In this document: piece after piece, positions 7,792-16,892 of the stretch | How the letters are laid out: each line of letters begins with the position of its first letter | How positions within the stretch are numbered: position 1 is the stretch's first letter | Source of the DNA: Polyangium spumosum | GTDB taxonomy: Bacteria > Myxococcota_A > Polyangia > Polyangiales > Polyangiaceae | Assembly: GCF_009649845.1 (NCBI RefSeq) | Contig: NZ_WJIE01000009.1 | Coordinates: 160,685 to 224,684 of the forward strand | Direction of reading: 5' to 3' | DNA: 64,000 nucleotides | Translations under genes and position numbers: made by a program | The notes under the pieces: generated by a model | Told to the model about the DNA's origin: nothing | Database searches by the model: none | Seen by the model: the letters and a program-made list of their open reading frames with translations, nothing else

Positions 7792-10700
7792 TCAGAGGTC
7801 GAAGAGCTCGTCGTCCTGGCCCGCGTCTTCCTCGGCGATCCGCGCCTCGGCGTGCTTGGCGACCGATTCGAAGAATTTTTGCTCGGGCGATCTCGGCGCC
7901 AATCGAGAGGCCGCCTCGCGGGCCTGCGAGCGCAGGAGCGCCTCGCTGCGGTCCGAGCGGATGCCCGATCGAGGCCGCGCCTGGCCCGTCACCACCGAGA
8001 AGAGCGCGCTGCGGACACGCTCGAAAGAGGCCTCGCCCGCCGCGTGCGCCCGCCGGAGCAGCGTCGCCACGAGCTCGAGGTGCGCGAAGAGGAAGGTCGG
8101 CGGCGCCTCTTCGAGCAGCGCGGAGACCGCGTCGAGCTCGGCCTCGCCGCCCTCCTGCACCCACTCGCTGAGGACCTCGATCGTCGGCAACGCAAAGGAG
8201 CGCGAGGCGTCGTGGAAGAGGCGCGCGGCATGGAAGCGGACCCAGCCGACGCGGGCCCGCGCGAGGTGGCGGACGCGGCGCAGGAGCGGGAGCCATTCGG
8301 GGGAGCGCGAGAGGCCCGAGAGGATCGTCGAGAGGCCCTCGGGCGGGAGAGGCTCGTACTCCTCGGCGACGGCGACGATGCCCGACGCGGCGCGCGCGAT
8401 GCGCTCGATGAAGAGGCCCGTGACGTCCTCGGGCAGGCGCTTGCCCGCGTGGTGGAGGAAGCGCATCGTGGAGTGGCCGTCGAGGCTCCGCGCCGCGCCG
8501 AGGCGCGTGAGGAAGAGGATGATCTCCTCCTCGGAGAGGGCCCCCTCGGTGAAGAGGCCACCCGCGTCGAGGGCGCCGAAGAGGGCCTCGGCGACCTCGG
8601 GGCCCTCGGAGAGATCCACGCCGACGGCGAGGTCGACCGCGTCACGCGGGGAGGACCGCGCGAGGGTGCGAAGCGCGCCGAGCGCGGCGCGGCGGACGAA
8701 GCCGTCCCGATGGCCGAGCAGGTGCCGGAGCGCCTCGCGATCGCCGGGCAGGGGCTTTTCGACCCAGCGATGGAAGACCTGCGCGAGCGAGGCGCAGAGC
8801 GTGGGGTCCTCGCCCGCGACGATCCGCGCGACGAGGGCCTCGGCGCGATCGGGCGAGGCCTCGCGGAGCGCATGCAGCAAGGAGGCGACGTGCGGGCCGA
8901 GCGGGCTGTCGGGCGCGGCCATGACGGCCTCGCAGATCGCCGCCGCGGAGGCGGGGTGCATGCGGGAGAGGACGTGCAGGAGCAGGCGCGGCGAGCCGCT
9001 CTTGCCCGCGAGCGCGAGGGCCTCGAGCGCCGCGCCGAGCCACGCGGCCGTCTCCGCAGGCGGGCGGCCACAGGCGAGCATCTCGTCGACGACGGCGCGA
9101 CACGTGTCGGCCGAGCGGCGCTCGGCGCCGCCACGCTCGACCTCACCCGAGCCAGGGATCTCGCTCGGCGGCAGGTCGATGAGGCCACGCTGCGCGGGCG
9201 AGCGTTGCGTGAGGGCCTCGTAGAGCCTGCGCTCGGTCGAGGTGGGCACGGCGCCCGCGGCGGCCTCGGCGGCGGCGCGGACCTCGGCGGAGCTCGCGCG
9301 CCGGGCCGCGCGGCGGAGCGCGTCGGCGACGGCGAAGTGCACGAGCGCGTCGGTCGAGCCCTCGGCCGCGGCGCTCAGCATCGTGAGGATCCCGAGGCGC
9401 TCCTCGTCGCGCCACCCAGGCTCCATCTGGTCGCCGAGCGAGAGGCCGGAGCCGTCGGCGAGCACGCGCTCGAGGCCGCTGACGCCGGAGAGAGCGGCGC
9501 GCCGGACCGAGGATTTGGCACAACGCGCGAGCGTGGCGAGGGCCTGCTTGCGCAAGGCGCGGCGGCGCTCGTCCGTGGGGCCGGCGTCGACGGCGCCGTC
9601 GGCGAGGAAGGTGTCGAGCACGTCGAGCGGCGAGTGCTTGTGCTCGTGGGCGTCGTCCGCGGCGAGCCAGCGATCCACGGCGTCGAGCAGGGCCTCGTGC
9701 ACGCCGAGGGGGCGGGCCGAGGCGCGCGAGGCGAGCTCGCGCAGGACACGCATCGGGTGGTCGGGGTGCGGGCTCTGGAGGCGGAGGTCGTCGCGGCCGA
9801 GCTCCCAGAGCAGGTCGGCGGCGCGAGGCAGGTGCGCGAGGTGCAGGCCCACGCGGCGCAGGATCGCGGGCAGCTCGTAGAGCACGGAGGCCGCCGAGAA
9901 GAGGGCGCCCGCGCCGCGGGTGGACTCGCTCTGCGCAGGGGAGCGGAGGACCGCCGCGGCGAGGTCGAGCATCGCGGCCGGGTGATCCGAGGAGAGCTCA
10001 CGCAGGCCGCCGAGGAGGCGGCATCGGTCGGCCGACGAGGCGGCCTCGACGGCGCCGCGGACGTGGCGGAAGAGGGCGGCGACGATCTCGGCGGCGGCGC
10101 CGTCGGGCAAGGAGGGTCCGTCGAGCTCGCCGACGTTGCGGAGGAGCGGGACGACGGCGTGCGCGCCGAAGCGTGACTCGAGGGCCCGCGCGCGTTCTTC
10201 GAGCGAGCCCGTGAGCGGGCCCGAGGGGCCAACGAGGGCGCGGTGGAGCGCGTGATCCGAGAGGGAGCCGGGCACGATCCGCGCGCCGTGCGGGCCACGC
10301 TCGACGACGCCCGCGGCCTCGAGTGCGCGGAGGGCCGAGACGAGGTCGCGGCGGCGACAGCCGAGCAGATCCCCCGCGCCCTGGAGGAAGCGCTCGTCCG
10401 AGGTGCGCACCGGCGCGAGGATCGCGACGAGCGCGAGCACGCCCGCGAGCAGCTTCGGGTCGCCCGCGGCGGCGGAGCGGAGCAGGAGCAGCTCGTGGCC
10501 CCGATCGAGCGCGCACGCGGCGAGCTCGCCCTTGCCGAGCGCCACCGGATGGATGGCCCCTTCCCGCACGAGCTGGCCCGCGAGCGTGATCACGAACGGA
10601 TGCCCCTCGGCGAGCTCGGCGAGCCTCGTGGCGTGTTCACGCGCGTCGTCGCCGAGCACGTGCCGCGCGGTGGCCTCGGCCTCGGTCGGCGAGAGCGCGC

Positions 10701-11238
10701 CGAGCGCGGGCAGGACACGCACGGCGTCCGTCGAGAGCCCGACCTGCGCGAAGAGCGCCGAGAGGCGCGGCTGGCCCGCGGGGCGCGTGGTGAAGACGAA
10801 GCGCACGTCGCGGCGCTCGAGGGCCATGGAGAGCAGCGTCGCGGGCGCGGCCTTGCGGCCCGCGTCGTCGATCACGAGCAGGCAAGGGCCGGGCGGCAGG
10901 CGCGTGGTCGGCGGCGCGGTCCCGACGGTGACGTCGGTCGCGAAGCGGAGCATCGTGCCGATACGCTGCGCGGCGAGCGCGTCGGCGAGCGCGCAGAGCA
11001 GGCTCGTCTTGCCCGTGCCCGCGCGGCCTTCCAGCACGGCGACACGCGCGGGGCTGCGCGCGCTGGCGAAGTCGACGAGCGCCGCGAGGATCTCGGCGCG
11101 CCCGCCGAAGGGGAGCGTTTCCTGGAAGGGGCGGCCCGCGGCGAGCGCGGAAGCTTCGAACTCGCTCGGGCCGAGGAGCGCCACGCCGTGCTCGACGTGC
11201 GCGTCCGGAGGAGGGGGAAAGCCGAGGGTCGTCTCCAT
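7792..11238 (-). CDS. large P-loop NTPase (AAA/STAND-like) with a long alpha-helical repeat C-terminal region
   Basis: Walker A GRAGTGKTS and Walker B-like CLLVIDDAG. About 900 aa of Leu/Ala-rich helical repeats follow. Length 1148 aa. Confidence 0.6.
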   Translation of the reverse strand: METTLGFPPPPDAHVEHGVALLGPSEFEASALAAGRPFQETLPFGGRAEILAALVDFASARSPARVAVLEGRAGTGKTSLLCALADALAAQRIGTMLRFATDVTVGTAPPTTRLPPGPCLLVIDDAGRKAAPATLLSMALERRDVRFVFTTRPAGQPRLSALFAQVGLSTDAVRVLPALGALSPTEAEATARHVLGDDAREHATRLAELAEGHPFVITLAGQLVREGAIHPVALGKGELAACALDRGHELLLLRSAAAGDPKLLAGVLALVAILAPVRTSDERFLQGAGDLLGCRRRDLVSALRALEAAGVVERGPHGARIVPGSLSDHALHRALVGPSGPLTGSLEERARALESRFGAHAVVPLLRNVGELDGPSLPDGAAAEIVAALFRHVRGAVEAASSADRCRLLGGLRELSSDHPAAMLDLAAAVLRSPAQSESTRGAGALFSAASVLYELPAILRRVGLHLAHLPRAADLLWELGRDDLRLQSPHPDHPMRVLRELASRASARPLGVHEALLDAVDRWLAADDAHEHKHSPLDVLDTFLADGAVDAGPTDERRRALRKQALATLARCAKSSVRRAALSGVSGLERVLADGSGLSLGDQMEPGWRDEERLGILTMLSAAAEGSTDALVHFAVADALRRAARRASSAEVRAAAEAAAGAVPTSTERRLYEALTQRSPAQRGLIDLPPSEIPGSGEVERGGAERRSADTCRAVVDEMLACGRPPAETAAWLGAALEALALAGKSGSPRLLLHVLSRMHPASAAAICEAVMAAPDSPLGPHVASLLHALREASPDRAEALVARIVAGEDPTLCASLAQVFHRWVEKPLPGDREALRHLLGHRDGFVRRAALGALRTLARSSPRDAVDLAVGVDLSEGPEVAEALFGALDAGGLFTEGALSEEEIILFLTRLGAARSLDGHSTMRFLHHAGKRLPEDVTGLFIERIARAASGIVAVAEEYEPLPPEGLSTILSGLSRSPEWLPLLRRVRHLARARVGWVRFHAARLFHDASRSFALPTIEVLSEWVQEGGEAELDAVSALLEEAPPTFLFAHLELVATLLRRAHAAGEASFERVRSALFSVVTGQARPRSGIRSDRSEALLRSQAREAASRLAPRSPEQKFFESVAKHAEARIAEEDAGQDDELFDL

Positions 11239-11397
11239 GGAAGTCGAGCGCTCCGCGACGCGGGCGCGCCGAGCCTACCACGGGCCACGCCCGGCCCGGT
11301 GAGGGAGAGCGCGCGATTGCGCGCGCAGAAAACCGGTGGGAGCGGAATGCGCGGACGCACCGGCCCTGCCGTGGCCGTGCGGGTGTAGGCTGGAAAC

Positions 11398-13944
11398 ATG
11401 CTTCGCCTCGCCCCACGCACCTGTGTTTTGGCCCTTGGGATTGGCTCGATCCTCGCCGGTTGCACCGAGCCGGACGCGACGAAGGCGCCCGCCGGACCAC
11501 CGGCGCCGCTCGCCGACGTCGAGCTCGTCGTGGACGAGCTCGGCATCACCCACGTCTACGCGAGGTCCGACGCGGACGCGTTTTTCGGGGCGGGATACGC
11601 GATGGCGCGGGATCGGCTCTTTCACATGGAGCTCATGCGCCGGAGGGCAGCGGGGACACGCGCGGAGCTCGTGGGCGTGAAGGTGCTCGACGACGACGTG
11701 ATGGCCCGGACGATGAACTTCACGAAGCTCGGCGAGGCCGACGAGGCGCGGGTGCGGGCCGAGCGTCCCGAGGAGGCGGCGCTCTTCGACGCGTGGACCG
11801 CGGGCGTGAACCTTCGAATCGAGGAGGTGCGGAGCGGCGCGGCGCCGCGGCCGTTCGGCATGCGCGAATCGGAGCTCGATTTTTTGCCGGAGCCCTGGGC
11901 GTCGCACGAGGCGTTCGCGGTGGGCAAGCTGCTCTCGTTCGGCATGTCGAACAGCCTCGATCGCGACATCCTGGCCACGGCCGTCGCGCGGATGGCGCCC
12001 GAGACGGCAGAGCGATTGCCGGTGCTCATGCCCGCGTTCGACGTGTTCCCGGGCGCGCCGGCGGGAGCCGGGGGCAACGCGGCGCCTGCGCCGGGCCCGT
12101 TCGGCCCGCCCGGCCCGCCGAAGGCCGACGCCGCGGCGTTCCCGCGCGACTACGAGCCGATCATGCGCGAGACGGCCTCGAACAACTGGGCGCTCGCGGG
12201 CAAACACACCGAGAGCGGCAGGCCCTACGTGTGCGGGGATCCGCATCAATCACTGACGAGCCCCTCGCGCTTCTGGGCCGTGCACATGAACAGCGCCGAG
12301 GCCGGCGGCACGCTCGACGTCGTGGGCTTCTCGTTCGTCGGCACGCCGACGGTGCAGCTCGGGCACAACGCGCACATCGGATGGACGGCGACGACGAACT
12401 TCGCGGACGTGATGGATCTGTGGGACGTCGCGCCCGACGCCGCGTACGAGAGCGTCTCGGTCGGCGGCGAGACGGTGCCGCTCGTCAAGCGCGACGAGGT
12501 GTTCCGGGTGATCGCGCCGGGCGCGAAGGCGGGGACGTTCGTGGACGAGGTGACGGTCGAGATCGCGGAGGTGCCGGGGTACGGCGTGATCCTGCCGGAC
12601 GAGATGTTACCCATCCCGCGCCCGCTGCTCGCCGACGGGCGGCTGCTCTTCAACTGGACGGGCTTTGCGCCCTCGATGGAGGCGGTCGCGTACCTCGAGA
12701 TCGACCGGGCGAAGGACATCGACGCGTTCGAGGAGGCGGCCTCGATCCTGGAGGTCGGCGCGGCGAACTTCGTGGCGGCCGACGCGAAGGAGATCGACAT
12801 GTTCGTCCACGCGCGGGTCCCCGATCGCGGCGACCCGAGCGCGCGCCCGATGCCGTGGCGATCGATCACGGACCCCGAGGATCCCGCGAGTTACTGGACG
12901 CGCGGGGATCTGCCGGCGGACAGGATGCCGAAGCGGCGGGATCCTCCCGAGGGCTTTCTCTTCACGGCGAACACGGATCCGTTCGGCTTCACGCAGGACG
13001 GCGTGGTGGAGAACGACCCCTATTATTACGGCGCGTTCTACGCGAACGGCTTCCGGGGATACCGGATCGAGCAGGCGATCGAGGAGCTCGTCGCGTCGGG
13101 CGCGAAGGTCGATCGCGCGGCGATGGAGGAGCTGCAACGCGACGTGCGGAGCCCACTCGCCGATACGATCGTGCCGCTCCTGGAAGAGGCGCTCGCGAAC
13201 GTGGAGGCGGATCCGGCGCTCGCCGCGTACAAGGGTCGGGCGGATCTCGTGGCGTACGCGGCGAAGCTCTCGGCGTGGGATCGAGAGATGCGGGCGGATC
13301 GCGGCGAGCCCGTGATGTTCAACGCGCTCGTCTGGTTCGCGGCGCGGCGCGTGTTCGAGAAGCCGATGACGTCGGCGCTCTTCGGCGCGATCCACGAGGC
13401 CTCACCGCCGTTTTTCCTGGGCATGCTGCACAACGTGCTCACGAACCGGTTCGCCGACGCCTCGTACTTCGCGCCGGACGGGGCGCGCGTGCTGCTGCTC
13501 GCGGCGCTCGACGAGGCGTCCGCGTGGATCACGACGCGCTTCGGCTCGATCGACGCGGACTTCGAGCTCGGCGACGTGCAAGGCGCGCTCTTCCAGTCGG
13601 ACCTGCCGGGGAGCGCGTGGGACACGGAGCCGATGGCCGTGGGCGGCGCGTCGGACACGATCAACGTCGCGCCGACGCGGTTCTTCGACGGTAACGAGCC
13701 GGCCGCGTACTTCGAGTCGACGGAGATGTCGCTCTACCGCATGGTCGTGGGCTTCGCGGCGGACGGGACGCCCGAGGCCACGGTGAACTTCGGGCGGGGC
13801 AACAGCGCCGAGCCGGACAGCCCGCATTACGACGACCAGGACGCGGCGTGGACGAGCGTGACGTACGCGCCGCTGCCGTTCCGGCGCGCCGACGTGGAGG
13901 CCCGAGAGGAGTCGCGGGTGATACTCGCCGGCGGAGGCAAGTAG
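11398..13944 (+). CDS. penicillin-amidase (S45, Ntn-hydrolase) family lipoprotein, AHL/penicillin acylase-like
   Basis: Lipobox ILAGC. The N-terminus of the alpha-subunit is homologous to penicillin acylases. ETASNNWALAG contains the Ntn Ser of the beta-subunit. Length 848 aa. Confidence 0.8.
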   Translation: MLRLAPRTCVLALGIGSILAGCTEPDATKAPAGPPAPLADVELVVDELGITHVYARSDADAFFGAGYAMARDRLFHMELMRRRAAGTRAELVGVKVLDDDVMARTMNFTKLGEADEARVRAERPEEAALFDAWTAGVNLRIEEVRSGAAPRPFGMRESELDFLPEPWASHEAFAVGKLLSFGMSNSLDRDILATAVARMAPETAERLPVLMPAFDVFPGAPAGAGGNAAPAPGPFGPPGPPKADAAAFPRDYEPIMRETASNNWALAGKHTESGRPYVCGDPHQSLTSPSRFWAVHMNSAEAGGTLDVVGFSFVGTPTVQLGHNAHIGWTATTNFADVMDLWDVAPDAAYESVSVGGETVPLVKRDEVFRVIAPGAKAGTFVDEVTVEIAEVPGYGVILPDEMLPIPRPLLADGRLLFNWTGFAPSMEAVAYLEIDRAKDIDAFEEAASILEVGAANFVAADAKEIDMFVHARVPDRGDPSARPMPWRSITDPEDPASYWTRGDLPADRMPKRRDPPEGFLFTANTDPFGFTQDGVVENDPYYYGAFYANGFRGYRIEQAIEELVASGAKVDRAAMEELQRDVRSPLADTIVPLLEEALANVEADPALAAYKGRADLVAYAAKLSAWDREMRADRGEPVMFNALVWFAARRVFEKPMTSALFGAIHEASPPFFLGMLHNVLTNRFADASYFAPDGARVLLLAALDEASAWITTRFGSIDADFELGDVQGALFQSDLPGSAWDTEPMAVGGASDTINVAPTRFFDGNEPAAYFESTEMSLYRMVVGFAADGTPEATVNFGRGNSAEPDSPHYDDQDAAWTSVTYAPLPFRRADVEAREESRVILAGGGK

Positions 13945-13979
13945 CGCCCGCGGCGGGCAAAAGGTAAAAAGAGGCTGCC

Positions 13980-15836
13980 ATGAGCAAGCGCCCGCCTTCC
14001 CCCGAGGATCGCCCCTTCCGCGACGCGTTCCAGAGCTTCGCCGGTCGCGTGCGGCGGCGCCTCGCTTTCGAACGGATGCTCTCGGGCGCCGCGATCGGGC
14101 TCGTGCTCGGCGCGGGCGCGGCGGCGGCGGCGTGGCAGACGCGGCACGGCGCGCTGCGGCCGTGGATGGCCGCGGGCGGCGCGCTCGGCGCGGCAGCAGG
14201 CGCGATCGTGGCGCGGCGCAAGCGCTGGCGGGACGAGGAGGTCGCGCTCTTCCTGGACGGGCGCCTCGGCGGCAAGGAGTCGATCGCCACGGCGATCGAG
14301 CTCGACCGCGAGGACGAGCGGGACGATCCGGCGCGGGCCGTGGTGCTGTCGCAGGCGCAGACGGTGCTCGAAAAGGCGAGCCCGAAGGACGCGCGCCCGC
14401 GGTTCGTCCGGATCCATCACCTCGCGATCCCGCTCGGGCTCGCGGCGATCGGGTACATGAGCCTGCTGCCTTTGCCCGCGCTCCCGCCCCCGCCGCCGGC
14501 GCCGCCCGGGGTCGAGCAGGTCAAGCTCGCGGACATCAAGGGGCTCGACAAGATCATCGACCTCGCGAACACGAACGCGCGCGACGACGCGCAACGCAAG
14601 CGGCTCGACAAGATCGCCGAGGACGCGAAGAAGCTGCGCCAGAAGCTCCGCGAGGGCATGGAGAAGCGCGAGGCGCAGGCCCAGATCGGCAAGCTCAAGG
14701 ACGCGATCACGGCCGAGCGCCTGTCGCTCGGCGACGGCGAGCAGCGGCAGGGCCTGGAGAGCGCGCTCGGCAAGCTCGCGGAGAACCCGGACCTCTCGGA
14801 CGCGGCCAAGGCGCTCGGCGACAGGGACCTCGTGTCGTTCGACGACGCGATGGAGGACCTCGCGAACAAGCTCGAGAAGCAGGACCGCGAGCGCGCGAAG
14901 AAGACGCTCGAAGAGGCGGCCGAGGCCGCGCGCAAGCAGAACGCGCCGGACGTGGCCAAGGCGCTCGAGGAGCAGAAGAAGCGCCTCGAGGAGATGGCCA
15001 AGAAGAACGAGAAGCTGAAGGAGCTCGGCGAGGCGATCGGCGAAGGTCTGTCCGAGGACGCGAAGGAAGCGCTGAAGGATCCGGGCAGCGGCAAGGGCGG
15101 CTCGAAGGAGCAGCAGAAGCTCGCGGAGAAGCTCGAGGAGGCGCTGGGGAAGCTCACGCCCGAGGAGCGCAAGCGGCTCGCCGAGAACATGAAGAAGCGC
15201 GCCGCGCAGATGAGCGGCGAGGAGGCGCCGGGCGAGGGGCCGAGCAAGGAGCAGCTCGAGGAGCTCGCCGAAGAGCTCGGCTCCGAGGAGGGCCAGAAGC
15301 GGCTCGCGGAGGAGCTCAAGAAGATGGCCGAGCCCGAGCCCGAGGGCAGCGAGGAAGGCGAGCGGCAGAAGCGGCTCGAGGACGCGCAGAAGGGCCTCGG
15401 CGAGGCCGAAGGGCAGCTCGGCGGCGCGCCGATGCCGGTGCCGATGCCCGGACAGGGCGGGCCGGGGAACAAGCCCGGGTCAGGGAACAAGCCGGGCGGC
15501 AAGAACGGTAACGGCGGGCCGGGATCGGGCGGCAAGGACCAGGGGCAGCCGTTCGCCGGCCACAGCGAGGGCGGCGGGCCAGGCGATCACAAGGGGCAGA
15601 CGGGCGTGGTGGATGGACCGGGCGTGAAGGCGCGCGCGACGGGGCCGATCAACAAGGGAAAGCCGATGCCGGGGCTCGTCATGGGACGGACGACGGGGCG
15701 CGCGGGTGAATCGGCGAACATCCAGGGGACGGGCGCGCTCGGGCAGGCGGCGGCGGGCGAGCTCGGGGCGATCGAGCGCAGCGACGTGCCGGAAGAGTAC
15801 CGCGAGCAGGTCGGGCGCTATTTCCAGCCCAAGTAA
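13980..15836 (+). CDS. membrane-anchored K/E-rich coiled-coil protein with Gly-rich tail
   Basis: Two N-terminal TM helices, a long charged coiled-coil region and a GGPG-rich C-terminus. It sits directly upstream of MoxR. Confidence 0.5.
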   Translation: MSKRPPSPEDRPFRDAFQSFAGRVRRRLAFERMLSGAAIGLVLGAGAAAAAWQTRHGALRPWMAAGGALGAAAGAIVARRKRWRDEEVALFLDGRLGGKESIATAIELDREDERDDPARAVVLSQAQTVLEKASPKDARPRFVRIHHLAIPLGLAAIGYMSLLPLPALPPPPPAPPGVEQVKLADIKGLDKIIDLANTNARDDAQRKRLDKIAEDAKKLRQKLREGMEKREAQAQIGKLKDAITAERLSLGDGEQRQGLESALGKLAENPDLSDAAKALGDRDLVSFDDAMEDLANKLEKQDRERAKKTLEEAAEAARKQNAPDVAKALEEQKKRLEEMAKKNEKLKELGEAIGEGLSEDAKEALKDPGSGKGGSKEQQKLAEKLEEALGKLTPEERKRLAENMKKRAAQMSGEEAPGEGPSKEQLEELAEELGSEEGQKRLAEELKKMAEPEPEGSEEGERQKRLEDAQKGLGEAEGQLGGAPMPVPMPGQGGPGNKPGSGNKPGGKNGNGGPGSGGKDQGQPFAGHSEGGGPGDHKGQTGVVDGPGVKARATGPINKGKPMPGLVMGRTTGRAGESANIQGTGALGQAAAGELGAIERSDVPEEYREQVGRYFQPK

Positions 15837-15866
15837 CGCCCATCCGCGGCTACGCTGCGCCTCGGC

Positions 15867-16892
15867 ATGACGACGACGGGCGACTTTCAGAAGAGGCTCG
15901 AGCGAGCCCGCGAGGCGAGCGCGCGCCTCAAGGACGCGATCGGGCAGGTGATCGTGGGCCAGGGCGAGGTCGTGGAGCAGGCGCTCTGGGGGCTCGTGGC
16001 CGGCGGGCACGTGCTGCTCGAGGGCGCGCCGGGGCTCGGCAAGACGCTGCTCGTGCGCACGATCGCGAGCTGCCTCGACCTGAAATTCTCGCGCATCCAG
16101 TTCACGCCCGACCTCATGCCGAGCGACGTGACGGGCACGAACATCCTCGTGACCTCGGCCGACGGTTCGAGGCACTTCGCCCTGCACAAAGGGCCGATCT
16201 TCGGCCAGGTCGTGCTCGCGGACGAGATCAACCGCGCGACGCCGAAGACGCAGAGTTCGTTGCTCGAGGCGATGCAGGAGCACGCGTGCACGATCGGCGG
16301 CGTGCGGCACGCGATGGAAGAGCCGTTTTTCGTGCTCGCCACGGAGAACCCGATCGAGATGGAAGGGACGTACCCGCTGCCCGAGGCGCAGCTCGATCGG
16401 TTCCTGCTCAAGGTGATGGTGCCGAGCCCGACCGAGGACGAGATGACCGAGATCCTCGCGCGGACGACGGGGCAACCGAAGGACGCGCCGCCGAAGGTGC
16501 TCGATCGCGACGAGGTGCTCGCCATCCGCTCGGCGTGCCGCGACGTCGCCGTGGCCGAGCCGATCATGCGCTTCGCCTCGCGCCTCGTGCGCGCGAGTGA
16601 TCCGACGACACAAGGCGCGCCCGACCTCGTGCGGCGCGCGATCCGCTACGGCGCGGGCGTGCGCGGCGCGCAGTCGCTCGTGCTCGCGGCGAAGGCCGTG
16701 AGCGTGCTCGAGGGCCGCGCGCACGTCTCGTTCGGCGACGTGCAGCGCGTCGCCAAGCCCGTGTTGCGCCACCGCCTGATCCGATCGTTCGAGGGCGAGG
16801 CCGACGGGGTCTCGACCGATCAGGTGGTCGACGCGCTCGTGGAGAGCGTGCCCGCTCGCCCGGAGAACGTGGAGCAGGCGATCCGTCGATGA
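15867..16892 (+). CDS. MoxR-family AAA+ ATPase
   Basis: HVLLEGAPGLGKTLL Walker A. MoxR-like region with LADEINRATPKTQSSLLEAMQE. Length 341 aa. Confidence 0.85.
   Translation: MTTTGDFQKRLERAREASARLKDAIGQVIVGQGEVVEQALWGLVAGGHVLLEGAPGLGKTLLVRTIASCLDLKFSRIQFTPDLMPSDVTGTNILVTSADGSRHFALHKGPIFGQVVLADEINRATPKTQSSLLEAMQEHACTIGGVRHAMEEPFFVLATENPIEMEGTYPLPEAQLDRFLLKVMVPSPTEDEMTEILARTTGQPKDAPPKVLDRDEVLAIRSACRDVAVAEPIMRFASRLVRASDPTTQGAPDLVRRAIRYGAGVRGAQSLVLAAKAVSVLEGRAHVSFGDVQRVAKPVLRHRLIRSFEGEADGVSTDQVVDALVESVPARPENVEQAIRR

Noticed and set aside
6781-8171. Alternative frames through the 21-nt minisatellite: RRRLQSRRHRVPSHP (plus), TTSSSAITPASCAVTPSSS (plus, 425 aa) and ADDAVVVADDAVVV (minus, 189 aa)
   Set aside because: These frames have mixed or poor third-position GC and junk-like N- and C-termini. 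Only the CNH-heptad frame shows coding-like codon usage, and it is discussed as a finding rather than annotated as a gene.
7618-10176. 852-aa plus-strand ORF and several 150-400-aa ORFs (7583-9223, 7989-9188, 9375-10298, 10243-11388 and others) inside the 1148-aa ATPase gene
   Set aside because: All are low-complexity R/A/G/E-rich and lie antisense or off-frame to the Walker-motif-containing ATPase frame. They have no start context or domain signal.
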